DNA of 13,148 nt from Candidatus Bathyarchaeia archaeon (GTDB taxonomy: Archaea > Thermoproteota > Bathyarchaeia > Bathyarchaeales > Bathycorpusculaceae). Shown piece after piece: positions 1 through 6,786 of this stretch. Each line of letters begins with the position of its first letter. The stretch's first letter is position 1. Both the position numbers and the translations under genes were made by a program. The notes beneath the pieces were generated by a model. It searched no databases. It was not told where the DNA came from and worked only from the letters and a program-made list of their open reading frames with translations. The stretch covers positions 1 to 13,148 of the forward strand of contig JAVZLH010000020.1 of NCBI GenBank assembly GCA_038883855.1. The letters run 5' to 3'.

Positions 1-258
1 TTCTCCAACCCTGCTGGCGGCTAAAAAACAGTCAAAGCCAAAGCCAGAGCCAAGGTCAACAACAGTTTCTCCCACTTTTAAAGACGCCATAGCAATGGGG
101 TTCCCGCATCCGAGGCTTGGGGGAACTGTTTCAGTGCAGCAAGTTCCTTTGGGTGCCGGGGCTGTTGGGCTACAGCGTGAGCATTGGCTTTTTGCTATTT
201 TCGCATAACCTTTTCTCACGGTTTTCTTAACTTTTTTATTCCCCTGAGGTGTCTTCAT
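1..258 (-). CDS. arsM: Arsenite S-adenosylmethionine methyltransferase, N-terminal 86 codons (runs off the window edge)
   Basis: Not in ORF track; translated by hand from ATG at 258: [92 protein letters not shown] followed by [19 protein letters not shown] is the ArsM signature. AGGAG Shine-Dalgarno lies upstream. Confidence 0.9.
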   Translation of the reverse strand, partial: MKTPQGNKKVKKTVRKGYAKIAKSQCSRCSPTAPAPKGTCCTETVPPSLGCGNPIAMASLKVGETVVDLGSGFGFDCFLAASRVGE

Positions 259-283
259 TTGAGAATCTCCTTTAAAATTGGTT

Positions 284-508
284 CTAGAGTTTTTTCACGG
301 GCTCTTCGAGATTCTCTGCTTTAACCATTATGAGGCAGCATACTTCACTTTTATCTTTTTCTTGGCAGCAGACAACAGCCAATTTGTCGTTGGGCTTTAA
401 TCCTGCTTTTTCCCTAATGTCCTTTGGGAGAACTATTTGGCCTTTCGAGTCTAAAGTTATTATTGCTTCAACTTTACAGCATCCCATACTGCTCATACAA
501 CCAGCCAT
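284..508 (-). CDS. Cys-rich AbrB/MazE/SpoVT-fold DNA-binding protein (resembles the so-called HgcAB-associated small proteins)
   Basis: [27 protein letters not shown] is the AbrB swapped-hairpin motif. 7 Cys including CC at residues 10-11, 47-48 and 57-58. Ends 25 nt upstream of the arsM start. The start could be Met1, Met5 or Met8. Confidence 0.85.
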   Translation of the reverse strand: MAGCMSSMGCCKVEAIITLDSKGQIVLPKDIREKAGLKPNDKLAVVCCQEKDKSEVCCLIMVKAENLEEPVKKL

Positions 509-520
509 TAGGAATTATGG

Positions 521-584
521 AGTCAGTCAGCATATTAAAACTTATCGGATTAATCAGAAAATTCAGAAAAATCCAACAAAAATT
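521..584 (-). promoter_or_regulatory. Putative promoter/operator of the abrB-like-arsM unit
   Basis: Minus-strand TTTTAATA (540-533) lies about 25 nt upstream of the ATG at 508, consistent with a leaderless transcript. Palindrome GATTAATC at 548-555 and tandem TCAGAAAA at 554-561 and 563-570. The T-tracts on the minus strand may also terminate the upstream gene. Confidence 0.45.
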
Positions 585-619
585 ACACGACAATATAAAG
601 AAACGAAGATTAAAGAATC

Positions 620-880
620 CTAAAGCTTTTTGTAAACTTTGTCCTTCTCCCTAACCCTTTGAACAACCTTCAATCCTATACTTTGTCCAGCTTCAGCCCT
701 CTGAATATTCTTGTGTTCAATCTGCATGGAATCAACGGTTTGCTCAAAATCCGTTGTAGGTCCCTTAATTGCTATGGTGTCTCCAACAGCCAAAGGCGCG
801 GTAAGCTCAATTACGGCAACGCTGATTTTTGGGAAGAAGTGGGTTACCCTTCCAACTTCCACAAAGTTTTCTTCACTCAA
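620..880 (-). CDS. Small beta-barrel 'translation elongation factor-like' protein (EF-Tu domain II / U32 peptidase C-terminal-like)
   Basis: VGRVTHFFPKISVAVIEL...LAVGDTI.IKGPTTDFEQTVDSMQIEH...AEAGQSIGLKV...VREKDKVYK matches this stand-alone family as I recall it. TTG start preceded by GGAG. Confidence 0.8.
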   Translation of the reverse strand: MSEENFVEVGRVTHFFPKISVAVIELTAPLAVGDTIAIKGPTTDFEQTVDSMQIEHKNIQRAEAGQSIGLKVVQRVREKDKVYKKL

Positions 881-922
881 TATTTCATCTCCGAACTAAA
901 TTAGTGCGTATCTGCATAAAAA

Positions 923-2212
923 TTATTTGATAATTTCGCCTTCTAAATGGGTTGAAAAGGCTCTTAGAATCTTCACATGCAAAGTTTTGCCGAGTAGATT
1001 CTCAGCGCTTTTTATTGCAATAGGTTTGTAGGCAAAGTTGCGTCCAACCCATGAACCAGGAAACTTTCCAACTTCATCAACCAAAACTTCCCCAGACCAG
1101 CCGACCCAACGTCTATTCCTTTCTAAGGCAATTTTTCGGGCTAGGTTGCTCGCTAAAACACTTCTACGCTTAATCTCTTGAAGAGGCACAAAATCATCTT
1201 TCATTTCAGCTGCTGCTGTTCCTGGTCTGGCAAAAAACTTTGAAACATTTACTATGTCTGGCTTGACTTCTTCAATCAACTGCAGCGTTTCCTCAAATGC
1301 CTTCTCGTCTTCGCCGGGAAAACCGCAGATAATATCTGTTGCCATGGTTATTTCCGGAAAGACTTGTCTAAAAGCATCCACGATTCTTTTGAAGTCACTT
1401 ATAGAGTAGAATCTGCGCATGTGCTTCAAAATTTGGTCGTTTCCACTCTGCACGGGTAAGTGGATAAAGTTGAAGATTTTTTCGCTCTTGAAAGCTTGAA
1501 TTAACTCGTCCAGCATATCTGCCACCATGTTTGGAGTCATCATGCCAACCCGAACCTTGAAATCTCCTTTTATGCTGCGCAAGGCATTAAGCAACTCCGC
1601 AAGGTTCGCACCTAAATCTCTTCCATAACATGCCGTGTCTTGCGAAGTAATCCAAAACTCCTTAACACCCTTTTCCAAGTCCCCTTTCATCCTTTCAACA
1701 ATCTCTTCGACACTATAACTTCGTAAACGTCCCCGAGCGAAAACCACGCAGCAATAAGCACAAGAGCCTAAACAACCATAGCTTATCGGGATTATGCTTA
1801 CGACTGGATTTAGCTGCAGCCTAGGAAGGTTAAGTCTCGGTTTAGCGTTAACTGCCTCCTCCACCGCCACAACCTTTCCGCCTTCAAAAACACGCCTAAC
1901 AACTTCAACAATCTTTTCGCCTGCTGCAGGTCCAACAACCCCGTCAAAACGTGTTTCTCTATAAAGCCTTTCATAATTTATTAGTGGCAGACAACCAGCA
2001 ACAACAAGTTTTTTACTTGGCGGAACTCGCTTCAAAAGTTCTATCATCCTGTTTTCCGTGGGTCCTTTAACAGCACAAGTGTTGTAAACAACGAGGTCTG
2101 CGGCAGAAACTGAATCCACAATTTCGTATCCAGCCTCAGCTAAACAACCAGCCAAAACCTCCCCATCGGCTAAGTTCGTTGAACAACCGAAACTCTGAAT
2201 GAAAACGCGCAT
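923..2212 (-). CDS. mtaB: tRNA t6A37 methylthiotransferase, archaeal MtaB / CDKAL1-like radical SAM enzyme
   Basis: N-terminal MTTase domain (SFGCSTN, NTCAVK, AGCLP), CxxxCxxC (CLGSCAYC), RVGMMTP, HLPVQSG, DIICGFPGE and a C-terminal TRAM domain. Start moved to ATG 2212 (MRVFIQSFGC); the 42 upstream codons of the track ORF cross the divergent promoter region. Confidence 0.9.
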   Translation of the reverse strand: MRVFIQSFGCSTNLADGEVLAGCLAEAGYEIVDSVSAADLVVYNTCAVKGPTENRMIELLKRVPPSKKLVVAGCLPLINYERLYRETRFDGVVGPAAGEKIVEVVRRVFEGGKVVAVEEAVNAKPRLNLPRLQLNPVVSIIPISYGCLGSCAYCCVVFARGRLRSYSVEEIVERMKGDLEKGVKEFWITSQDTACYGRDLGANLAELLNALRSIKGDFKVRVGMMTPNMVADMLDELIQAFKSEKIFNFIHLPVQSGNDQILKHMRRFYSISDFKRIVDAFRQVFPEITMATDIICGFPGEDEKAFEETLQLIEEVKPDIVNVSKFFARPGTAAAEMKDDFVPLQEIKRRSVLASNLARKIALERNRRWVGWSGEVLVDEVGKFPGSWVGRNFAYKPIAIKSAENLLGKTLHVKILRAFSTHLEGEIIK

Positions 2213-2309
2213 TACCTTCCCATCACAAAACATTAAATGCTTCAACAACCAATAAAAACATAGAGATTTCCGCAAACGCGAATTAACAGAAACTTGAAAC
2301 GCTGATTCT

Positions 2310-2323
2310 AAAAAGCTTATAAG
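2310..2323 (+). promoter_or_regulatory. BRE/TATA-like element for cdrS-ftsZ
   Basis: AAAAAGCTTATAAG: purine run followed by TTATAA, about 100 nt upstream of the RHH ATG. The core CTTATAAG is palindromic. Confidence 0.5.
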
Positions 2324-2333
2324 GAAATAAACC

Positions 2334-2366
2334 AACATATTTAAAACATATTTAAAGCATGTTACA
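2334..2366 (+). repeat. 11-bp tandem direct repeat, 2 perfect copies plus 1 degenerate
   Basis: AACATATTTAA (2334-2344), AACATATTTAA (2345-2355), AGCATGTTACA (2356-2366). Confidence 0.75.
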
Positions 2367-2422
2367 TAGATATATCCATTTTATTCGCTCATTCTGAAGC
2401 TTACCTAGGAGGGAGAGTTTGA

Positions 2423-2578
2423 ATGAAGTTAATTACGCTCTATCTGCCTGAAACTTATTTAAAGGCTTTAGATCAGCTTGTGAACGAGAAGTTCTACCCC
2501 AACAGAGCTGAGGCAATTCGTGTAGCTATCCGTGATTTGATCAATTCTGAAGTTTGGCGGAGGACCAAGGTTGGCTAA
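2423..2578 (+). CDS. cdrS: Ribbon-helix-helix (CopG/MetJ/Arc) regulator, CdrS-like
   Basis: Not in ORF track. Hand translation: MKLITLYLPETYLKALDQLVNEKFYPNRAEAIRVAIRDLINSEVWRRTKVG* (51 aa), with a beta ribbon and the YPNR.EAIR.AIRDL motif. AGGAGG SD at 2407-2412. Overlaps the ftsZ start by 8 nt, as in the archaeal cdrS-ftsZ2 arrangement. Confidence 0.9.
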   Translation: MKLITLYLPETYLKALDQLVNEKFYPNRAEAIRVAIRDLINSEVWRRTKVG

Positions 2579-3686
2579 AATTTACCAAACAGAGCATCTG
2601 CTTAAGTACAACGGACATACTAGAATAGAAAGCAACATCCCGCAGATTGCAAACTGCCGAATAATGGTTGTCGGCGTCGGAGGGGCTGGCAGCAACACGG
2701 TAACAAGATTAATGGAGATGGGTATAACTGGTGCAGAGTGTGTGGCAGTAAACGCGGACGCACTTCACTTAAGGAATTCAAAGGCTCATCGGAAAATTTT
2801 GATAGGCGAAAAACTTACGCGAGGATTTGGAGTTGGCGGCGACCCGAAGCTGGGGAAAGCGGCAATAGAAGAGTCTAGAAAGCATATCGAGGAACTGTTT
2901 TCAAACGTTGACATAGTTTTCATAACAGCTGGACTCGGCGGCGGAACAGGAACAGGAGCCGCGCCAGTCATCGGGGAAATCGCGAGAAAAAAGGGTGCAA
3001 TAACAGTTGGTGTGGTTACAACGCCTTTCCGAATTGAAAAGGGACGCATTGAGTATGCAGCTAACGCCCTAACAGAGATGCGAAGACAATGCGACACTGT
3101 GGTGGTTATAGACAATAACAAGTTGATGCAGCTTGTGCCCCACTTGCCAATAAATGAGGCTTTCAAATTTGCAGACCAAGTCTTGGCGAACATGATTAAG
3201 GGAATTGTGGAGACAATTTCGGCGCCAAGCCTCATAAACCTTGACCTCGCAGACTTCAAAACAATTGTTAAACGCGGCGGGGTGGCGGTTATAGGCGTCG
3301 GCGAATCAGATGCGCCAAACCGCGCGGAAGAAGCAGTGCGAAACGCCTTAAGAAGCCCATTCTTAGACGTGGATTATGCTGGGGCAACTGGAGCCCTAAT
3401 ACATGTCACAGGCGATGCGCACATGACTATTGAAGAGGCAAACCGCGTTGGAGAAATCGTCACCGAAATGATGGATGAAAACGCCCTTGTCATCTGGGGA
3501 GCGCGGGTTAATCCGGAGGAAGACGGAAAACTCAAGGTCACTTTGGTTATGACGGGCATAAATTCGCCGCATATCTTAAGCGGGTTTGGAACAATTGCGC
3601 CTCAATTGTACAATTTGGAGCCCTACGCTGAACCGGAAAAACCTTTGGGAATAGAGCTTAACCTATACCAGATGGAAAATTTCTAA
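2571..3686 (+). CDS. ftsZ: Cell division GTPase FtsZ, probably FtsZ2 clade
   Basis: VVGVGGAG, tubulin signature GLGGGTGTG, IDNNKL and T7 loop PSLINLDLAD. TTG start with GGAGG at 2559-2563. The PSLINLD motif and cdrS linkage point to FtsZ2. Confidence 0.95.
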   Translation: MAKIYQTEHLLKYNGHTRIESNIPQIANCRIMVVGVGGAGSNTVTRLMEMGITGAECVAVNADALHLRNSKAHRKILIGEKLTRGFGVGGDPKLGKAAIEESRKHIEELFSNVDIVFITAGLGGGTGTGAAPVIGEIARKKGAITVGVVTTPFRIEKGRIEYAANALTEMRRQCDTVVVIDNNKLMQLVPHLPINEAFKFADQVLANMIKGIVETISAPSLINLDLADFKTIVKRGGVAVIGVGESDAPNRAEEAVRNALRSPFLDVDYAGATGALIHVTGDAHMTIEEANRVGEIVTEMMDENALVIWGARVNPEEDGKLKVTLVMTGINSPHILSGFGTIAPQLYNLEPYAEPEKPLGIELNLYQMENF

Positions 3687-3691
3687 GAGGT

Positions 3692-3715
3692 CTCCTTTCT
3701 CCATTATTATTTTTC
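3692..3715 (+). terminator. Pyrimidine/T-rich putative archaeal terminator after ftsZ
   Basis: CTCCTTTCTCCATTATTATTTTTC in the 29-nt gap between the convergent ftsZ and PHP genes. Confidence 0.4.
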
Positions 3716-4378
3716 CTAAAGCCTAAACCTCTTTTTAAGGGAGAGAAATTCTCTTTTCAACCTTGTCCCTAAGGGTATTGCGTTGCCGAAAGGTTCACAT
3801 AAGCCCTTACTTATGGCTTTAACAATTTTGTCAGTATCCAGTTCTGCGTCAACAACTGTGTAGGCGCAACCTATCTCTGGACCATAATGGGCGTCGCTTC
3901 CAGCAACCTTGACAACTCCAAGAATGGAAGTTATTTTCTGGCTTCGCTTTACTGAACGGTTGAAGGGAATTGAAGAAGAATTTATCACTTCCACAGCATC
4001 GAACTTGGCGTTAGTATGTTTTCCCAAACTTTCCTTAAAAAAGGCTGAGGGGTGACAAGCCACGGCTATGCCGCCTGCCTCATGGATTCTGTCAACAGTT
4101 TCGGCTACGCTGAGTTTCGGCGGAATCTGCTCCTCAATGTTAAGTCCGATGACATGCCCATCTAAACTTGTAACTTCGATTCCAGGGATGACTAGGCAGT
4201 CGGTTGTTCCTGCCATTTTTATGGCACCTTCAATCGTGTCATGGTCTGTTATGGCTATTCCATCTAGTCCACACTTTTTCACGTAAAAAACCAGTTCTTC
4301 CGGCTTGATTATTGCATCATAGGAGTAATGCGTGTGAACGTGGAGGTCTATTTTGACTTGCAGAAGCCTCACAACCAT
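3716..4378 (-). CDS. PHP-domain metal-dependent phosphoesterase
   Basis: DLHVHT, AITDHD, GIEVT, GH, HP, EVIN and GSDAH metal-binding motifs. Starts 9 nt after the metG stop; the true start may be a few codons further in. Confidence 0.9.
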   Translation of the reverse strand: MVVRLLQVKIDLHVHTHYSYDAIIKPEELVFYVKKCGLDGIAITDHDTIEGAIKMAGTTDCLVIPGIEVTSLDGHVIGLNIEEQIPPKLSVAETVDRIHEAGGIAVACHPSAFFKESLGKHTNAKFDAVEVINSSSIPFNRSVKRSQKITSILGVVKVAGSDAHYGPEIGCAYTVVDAELDTDKIVKAISKGLCEPFGNAIPLGTRLKREFLSLKKRFRL

Positions 4379-4387
4379 CTAAAGCCT

Positions 4388-6082
4388 TTAAGGAGATGTT
4401 GCTAGTTTTTTCCTAACCTTTTCCAGCATCTCGTCTAATTGGCGTTCGTCAGCCTCTATTTTTCGGAATAAGGGTTTAGCCTCAGCTATTATGTGATTTG
4501 GCGGCAAGGGTTCTAGTGCTTCACTCCATCTATGGTTGAAGACGCTTCCCTCCAGCCTCAAAGTTTTCCAAATTTCCTCTGCTGTAAATGGAATGAAAGG
4601 AGCTGAAACTATTGCCAATGCCTTAACAATTTGTACAGCCACATAGATGACGTTGGTTGCTTTGGCTTCGTCTCTTTTTATTAGTTTCCATGGCTCCTTA
4701 TCGTTTAAGTATTGGTTTCCCAAGCGACCTATGCTCATCATGGTGTTTGCTGCTGCTTGAAGCTTGCATTCCTCGATTTCTTCTGCAACCTCATTAACCT
4801 TTTCTTTAAGCATTTTCAGAATCTGTTTTGCATCTTCATCTAAGGTTTCAGTTTTCGGGATTACATTTTTGAAGCGCGTATTAACGAATTTCAGTGTTCT
4901 GTGGATGAAGTTGCCGAAGGTGTCGTTTAGATCTGCATTAACTTTTTCAATGAAGAGTTCCCAAGAAAAGTTTGTGTCCTTCGTTTCAGGTCTCGTCGAT
5001 ATTAGAAAGTACCGCCAATAATCCGGCGGGAAAAGCTCTAGGGCTTCATCTATCCATATGCCGATTCTCTGGCTTTTTGAAGCTTTTTCGCCTTTAAATT
5101 GGAGAAATTCTGTGGCTGAGACGTTCCATGGCAAGTTGTAATCTTCGCCTGAAGCTAAAAGCAGCGCTGGAAGAATTATCGTGTGGAATGGAATGTTATC
5201 CTTCCCCACAAAGTACAAGGTTTTCGCATTCTTGTCAAACCAGTATTCCCTCCACCCTTCGGGTTCACCATGATTCCTAAAGTACTCTATCGTTGCTGAA
5301 ACATAACCCAAAACAGCCTCAACCCAAACATAAATCGTCTTGTCCTCCGCACCGGGGAAAGGTGCTGATATCCCCCATCCAACATCTCTTGTTACGGCTC
5401 TTGGCTTTAGCCCCTCTCTAACAAGGTTTATGCTGAAGTTTTTTGTACTAGTTGAAAACTGCCTATTGTTCTCTAAGTATTCCGTAAGCTTATCTGAAAG
5501 TTTTGAGAGGTCAATGTACCAGTGTTTTGTATTTTTCACTACGGGCTTACCCTTGCAGATTACACAGTAGGGCTCAATCAATGTTGTGGGTTCTAAAAGT
5601 CTTCCGCAAGAGTCACATTGATCTCCACGTGCACGTTCATGACCACAATAAGGGCATTTTCCCTCAACAAACCTGTCCGGCAGGAAACGCTTACATTTTT
5701 CACAGTACAGCATCGGCGTTTCCTGCGTGAATATGTAACCATTTTTGTATATTTTCAATAGGTGGTTTTGGACGAACTCCTTATGCACGGGGCTTTCTGT
5801 TCTTGTGTAATTGTCGTAGGATATCCCCCATTTTTTGAACAACTCTGACACTTTCGCGTGGTTTCTATCCGTCAACTCTTTTGGATGTATACCAAGCCTT
5901 ACGGCTTCAACTTCTATGGGTGTGCCGTGTTCATCTGAACCGCTGACAAACAGAACATCTTCACCTTTTAACCTATAATATCTGGCAACAACGTCTGCGG
6001 ACAAGACAGACCCTACTAGGTTGCCGAGGTGAGGTGTGACATTTATGTAAGGCCATGCGGATGTGACTAAAACTTTTCCGAG
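4388..6082 (-). CDS. metG: Methionyl-tRNA synthetase, short form without C-terminal tRNA-binding domain; start codon apparently non-canonical
   Basis: GSDEHGTPI, four CxxC knuckles, YVWVEA, GKDNIPFH and KASKS (KMSKS equivalent). The frame stays open upstream of the track start (6004) and encodes GKVLVTSAWPYINVTPHLGNLVGSVL, including the HIGH motif (HLGN). The 5' end is placed at CTC 6082 by SD spacing. Confidence 0.93.
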   Translation of the reverse strand, partial: LGKVLVTSAWPYINVTPHLGNLVGSVLSADVVARYYRLKGEDVLFVSGSDEHGTPIEVEAVRLGIHPKELTDRNHAKVSELFKKWGISYDNYTRTESPVHKEFVQNHLLKIYKNGYIFTQETPMLYCEKCKRFLPDRFVEGKCPYCGHERARGDQCDSCGRLLEPTTLIEPYCVICKGKPVVKNTKHWYIDLSKLSDKLTEYLENNRQFSTSTKNFSINLVREGLKPRAVTRDVGWGISAPFPGAEDKTIYVWVEAVLGYVSATIEYFRNHGEPEGWREYWFDKNAKTLYFVGKDNIPFHTIILPALLLASGEDYNLPWNVSATEFLQFKGEKASKSQRIGIWIDEALELFPPDYWRYFLISTRPETKDTNFSWELFIEKVNADLNDTFGNFIHRTLKFVNTRFKNVIPKTETLDEDAKQILKMLKEKVNEVAEEIEECKLQAAANTMMSIGRLGNQYLNDKEPWKLIKRDEAKATNVIYVAVQIVKALAIVSAPFIPFTAEEIWKTLRLEGSVFNHRWSEALEPLPPNHIIAEAKPLFRKIEADERQLDEMLEKVRKKLATSP

Positions 6083-6090
6083 TTTTACGG

Positions 6091-6135
6091 CACCTCCAAA
6101 CGCTTTGAATTATAAACATAGATCTATTACTTAAA
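6091..6135 (-). promoter_or_regulatory. metG Shine-Dalgarno and candidate TATA boxes
   Basis: GGAGGTG at 6097-6091; TTTATAA at 6116-6110; TTTAAGTA at 6135-6128. Confidence 0.55.
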
Positions 6136-6136
6136 C

Positions 6137-6167
6137 AAAATGGAAAAAGTGTTGGGAAAAATGTGGG
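6137..6167 (-). terminator. Oligo-T terminator-like tract
   Basis: After tandem TAA TAA stops the minus strand reads CCCACATTTTTCCCAACACTTTTTCCATTTT, three T-runs. Confidence 0.5.
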
Positions 6168-6170
6168 TTA

Positions 6171-6749
6171 TTACTCTGTTTCTTCAGTTTTCCAGGCAAC
6201 TTTGGATTTGCGGCCTGAGAGGAATATTGCTGCAGCAAGTATTATTGTGCAGACGATCACTAGCACCACCAGAATTGTGAAGAGCATTACTAAATCATCC
6301 ATGTTTTGAAGCGCCATTGGATATGGCGTAACGATGCTTAACGGCACACTGTCTGTATGGGAGTATATGTTCCCTCCAAACTCGTAATAGACTATAAATC
6401 TGATAGCACCACTAACTGCCCTTGAATCGTCCGGTATTTTGAATGTATCTGTAGCACTATAATTTTCATCTTGAGAAATTACAACATTTGCGATCGTGAC
6501 AGTTTGGTTGCCCCCCCAGATGGGACTGTACCATGGATATTCTATTGTAATGTTTTTGAGAATGGCACCATCAGGACTAGAATTATACACCCAGAATTTT
6601 AATGTCCCAGATTCTCCTGGCTTATAGTATACTTTGTCGACGTAGCCATAAACGTCCAAGCTGGGAGCAGCCTTGGTTAGAGATACAAAAGCCGGCATCG
6701 ACGCTAATATAATAGCTACCGTAAAGGTTAAGATGGCTTTTTCTTTCAT
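6171..6749 (-). CDS. Hypothetical exported protein with C-terminal membrane anchor (probable Ig-like beta-sandwich glycoprotein)
   Basis: N-terminal signal-like segment (MKEKAILTFTVAIILASMPAFVSLTKA), DKVYYKPGESGTLKFWVYN beta-rich domain, four N-x-S/T sequons (NSS, NIT, NQT, NYS), C-terminal TM helix followed by basic residues. GGGTGA SD favours ATG 6749 over TTG 6752. Confidence 0.8.
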   Translation of the reverse strand: MKEKAILTFTVAIILASMPAFVSLTKAAPSLDVYGYVDKVYYKPGESGTLKFWVYNSSPDGAILKNITIEYPWYSPIWGGNQTVTIANVVISQDENYSATDTFKIPDDSRAVSGAIRFIVYYEFGGNIYSHTDSVPLSIVTPYPMALQNMDDLVMLFTILVVLVIVCTIILAAAIFLSGRKSKVAWKTEETE

Positions 6750-6786
6750 CAAATCACCCGCTTTAGACTTTGTTAGTTCTATGTTA

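Noticed and set aside
330-904. Plus-strand ORFs 330-623, 424-654, 659-904 and 711-899
   Set aside because: Antisense shadows of well-supported minus-strand genes; no recognisable motifs.
2213-2338. 42-aa N-terminal extension of MtaB in the ORF track
   Set aside because: Runs through the AT-rich divergent promoter region; the family N-terminus begins at MRVFIQSFGC (2212).
2334-2366. Tandem repeat as a CRISPR remnant or replication-origin (ORB) element
   Set aside because: Only 11 bp, no spacers, no cas or cdc6 gene in the window and no ORB-like G-string.
4388-4500. MetRS lacking the C-terminal Trbp111-like domain as a possible truncation or pseudogene
   Set aside because: Short monomeric MetRS forms are established; the protein ends cleanly after PLFRKIE plus a helix and the next gene follows at 9 nt.
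2786-5730. Antisense ORFs inside ftsZ, the PHP gene and metG (including the 157-aa 2786-3259)
   Set aside because: Fully nested opposite conserved genes, with translations typical of reverse-frame shadows.
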